Part shown: positions 63,336-64,000 of the stretch, one piece after another
Layout: each line of letters begins with the position of its first letter
How positions within the stretch are numbered: position 1 is the stretch's first letter
Origin: Bacillota bacterium
Lineage (GTDB): Bacteria > Bacillota > Sulfobacillia > JAJZYS01 > JAJZLH01
DNA length: 64,000 nucleotides
Direction: 5' to 3'
NCBI GenBank assembly: GCA_021827745.1
Contig: JAKAUI010000045.1
Coordinates: 124,589 to 188,588 of the forward strand
The notes under the pieces: generated by a model
What the model saw: the letters and a program-made list of their open reading frames with translations, nothing else
Database searches by the model: none
Told to the model about the DNA's origin: nothing
Program-made: the position numbers and the translations under genes

Positions 63336-64000
63336 CTAGCTGGCGGTCATCGGATAGCGGGAGTGGATGCGGCGGACGGTCTTGGCGGTGCCGTCGATCA
63401 CAAGGGAGTGGACCCAGATCGACGCTCCGACCACCGCTGGGCCATCGAGCTGCCAGCCGCCGGTGACGGAGGTGGCGCAGAAGACGCCGTGCCGGCTGAC
63501 CACATCCTTGAGAGACAGAATGCGCCCTGATTTCAGACCGAGGTCCTCCATCGCCCTCAGATCCGCTTGGCCCTCCGGCAGCAGTCTGCCTTCGAAGACG
63601 CCGCCCAGGGCGGCGATGGCCACCGCGGCCAAAACTCCCTCTGGGGCGCCGCCCGATCCCAACACCAGGTCGACGCCGCTGTCGCCGACCGCCGCCAGCA
63701 CGGACGGCATCACATCGCCGTCTGTGATCAGGCGCAAGGTCGCCCCCGCCCGCACCACGCCCTCGATCAGGGGGAGGTGACGGTCGCGCTCCAGCATCAC
63801 CACCACCACCTGCGAGGCCGGCTTGCCAAGGCAGCGGGCGACCTCGGCCACCATCTCCTCGACCGGCTGGTCGAGCCCGATCCGGCCCAGACAGGCGGGC
63901 GGACCGGCCAGACGCTGCATCATCATGTCCGGGGCCTCGAGCAGGCTCTTCGGCGGACCGGCGGCGATCACGCAGACGGCGCCCGGCTGGTTCTTGGCCG
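63336..64000 (-). CDS. glpX: Fructose-1,6-bisphosphatase class II (GlpX), C-terminal part; 5' end lies outside the window
   Basis: The GlpX C-terminal domain aligns (GGAPEGVLAAVAI...VHSLVIDG). The ORF is open to the window end. Confidence 0.8.
   Translation of the reverse strand, partial: AKNQPGAVCVIAAGPPKSLLEAPDMMMQRLAGPPACLGRIGLDQPVEEMVAEVARCLGKPASQVVVVMLERDRHLPLIEGVVRAGATLRLITDGDVMPSVLAAVGDSGVDLVLGSGGAPEGVLAAVAIAALGGVFEGRLLPEGQADLRAMEDLGLKSGRILSLKDVVSRHGVFCATSVTGGWQLDGPAVVGASIWVHSLVIDGTAKTVRRIHSRYPMTAS

Overview
This is a 64-kb, high-GC (about 68%) bacterial chromosomal window that is almost entirely coding, with most genes on the minus strand and many adjacent genes overlapping by 4 nt (ATGA or GTGA). 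Gene order is Firmicute-like even though the GC is high. The blocks, in order, are: secA-prfB; ftsE-ftsX followed by M23 peptidases and a bactofilin; uvrB-uvrA-uvrC; rapZ-yvcK-whiA; rex; cdaA-cdaR-glmM-glmS with a glmS ribozyme leader; metK behind an S-box riboswitch; fabZ-mbl-atpC...atpB-atpI; mnaA-tagO; ywlG, a fused ywlE-rpiB gene, and tsaC; prmC-prfA-rpmE-glpX. My inference is a high-GC Firmicute-type lineage such as Symbiobacterium, Thermaerobacter or Limnochordia; this is not proven. The plus-strand part at the window start carries an APC-type permease fragment, a DPP-IV-like S9 peptidase, an ABC exporter, a DAO-family FAD oxidoreductase and leuS. On the minus strand there it has a cupredoxin lipoprotein and the acpS-nnr-alr operon followed by a paralogous ABC exporter. 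Two cis-regulatory RNAs are visible directly in the sequence: a glmS ribozyme and a SAM-I riboswitch with its terminator. prfB carries the classical programmed +1 frameshift. Items worth a second look: a contiguous FtsEX module (active coiled-coil M23 peptidase, degenerate LytM protein, bactofilin); a three-gene c-di-GMP module (HD-GYP, APH-like kinase, degenerate GAF-GGDEF) between hpf and secA; TagA-CsaB and TagO-MnaA wall-polymer genes; an in-frame LMW-PTP/RpiB fusion; leuS apparently starting at a non-canonical ATC codon. No CRISPR arrays, transposases, rRNA or tRNA genes were recognised. Because of the high GC, many long ORFs in the six-frame track are spurious alternate-frame or antisense artefacts and were not annotated.
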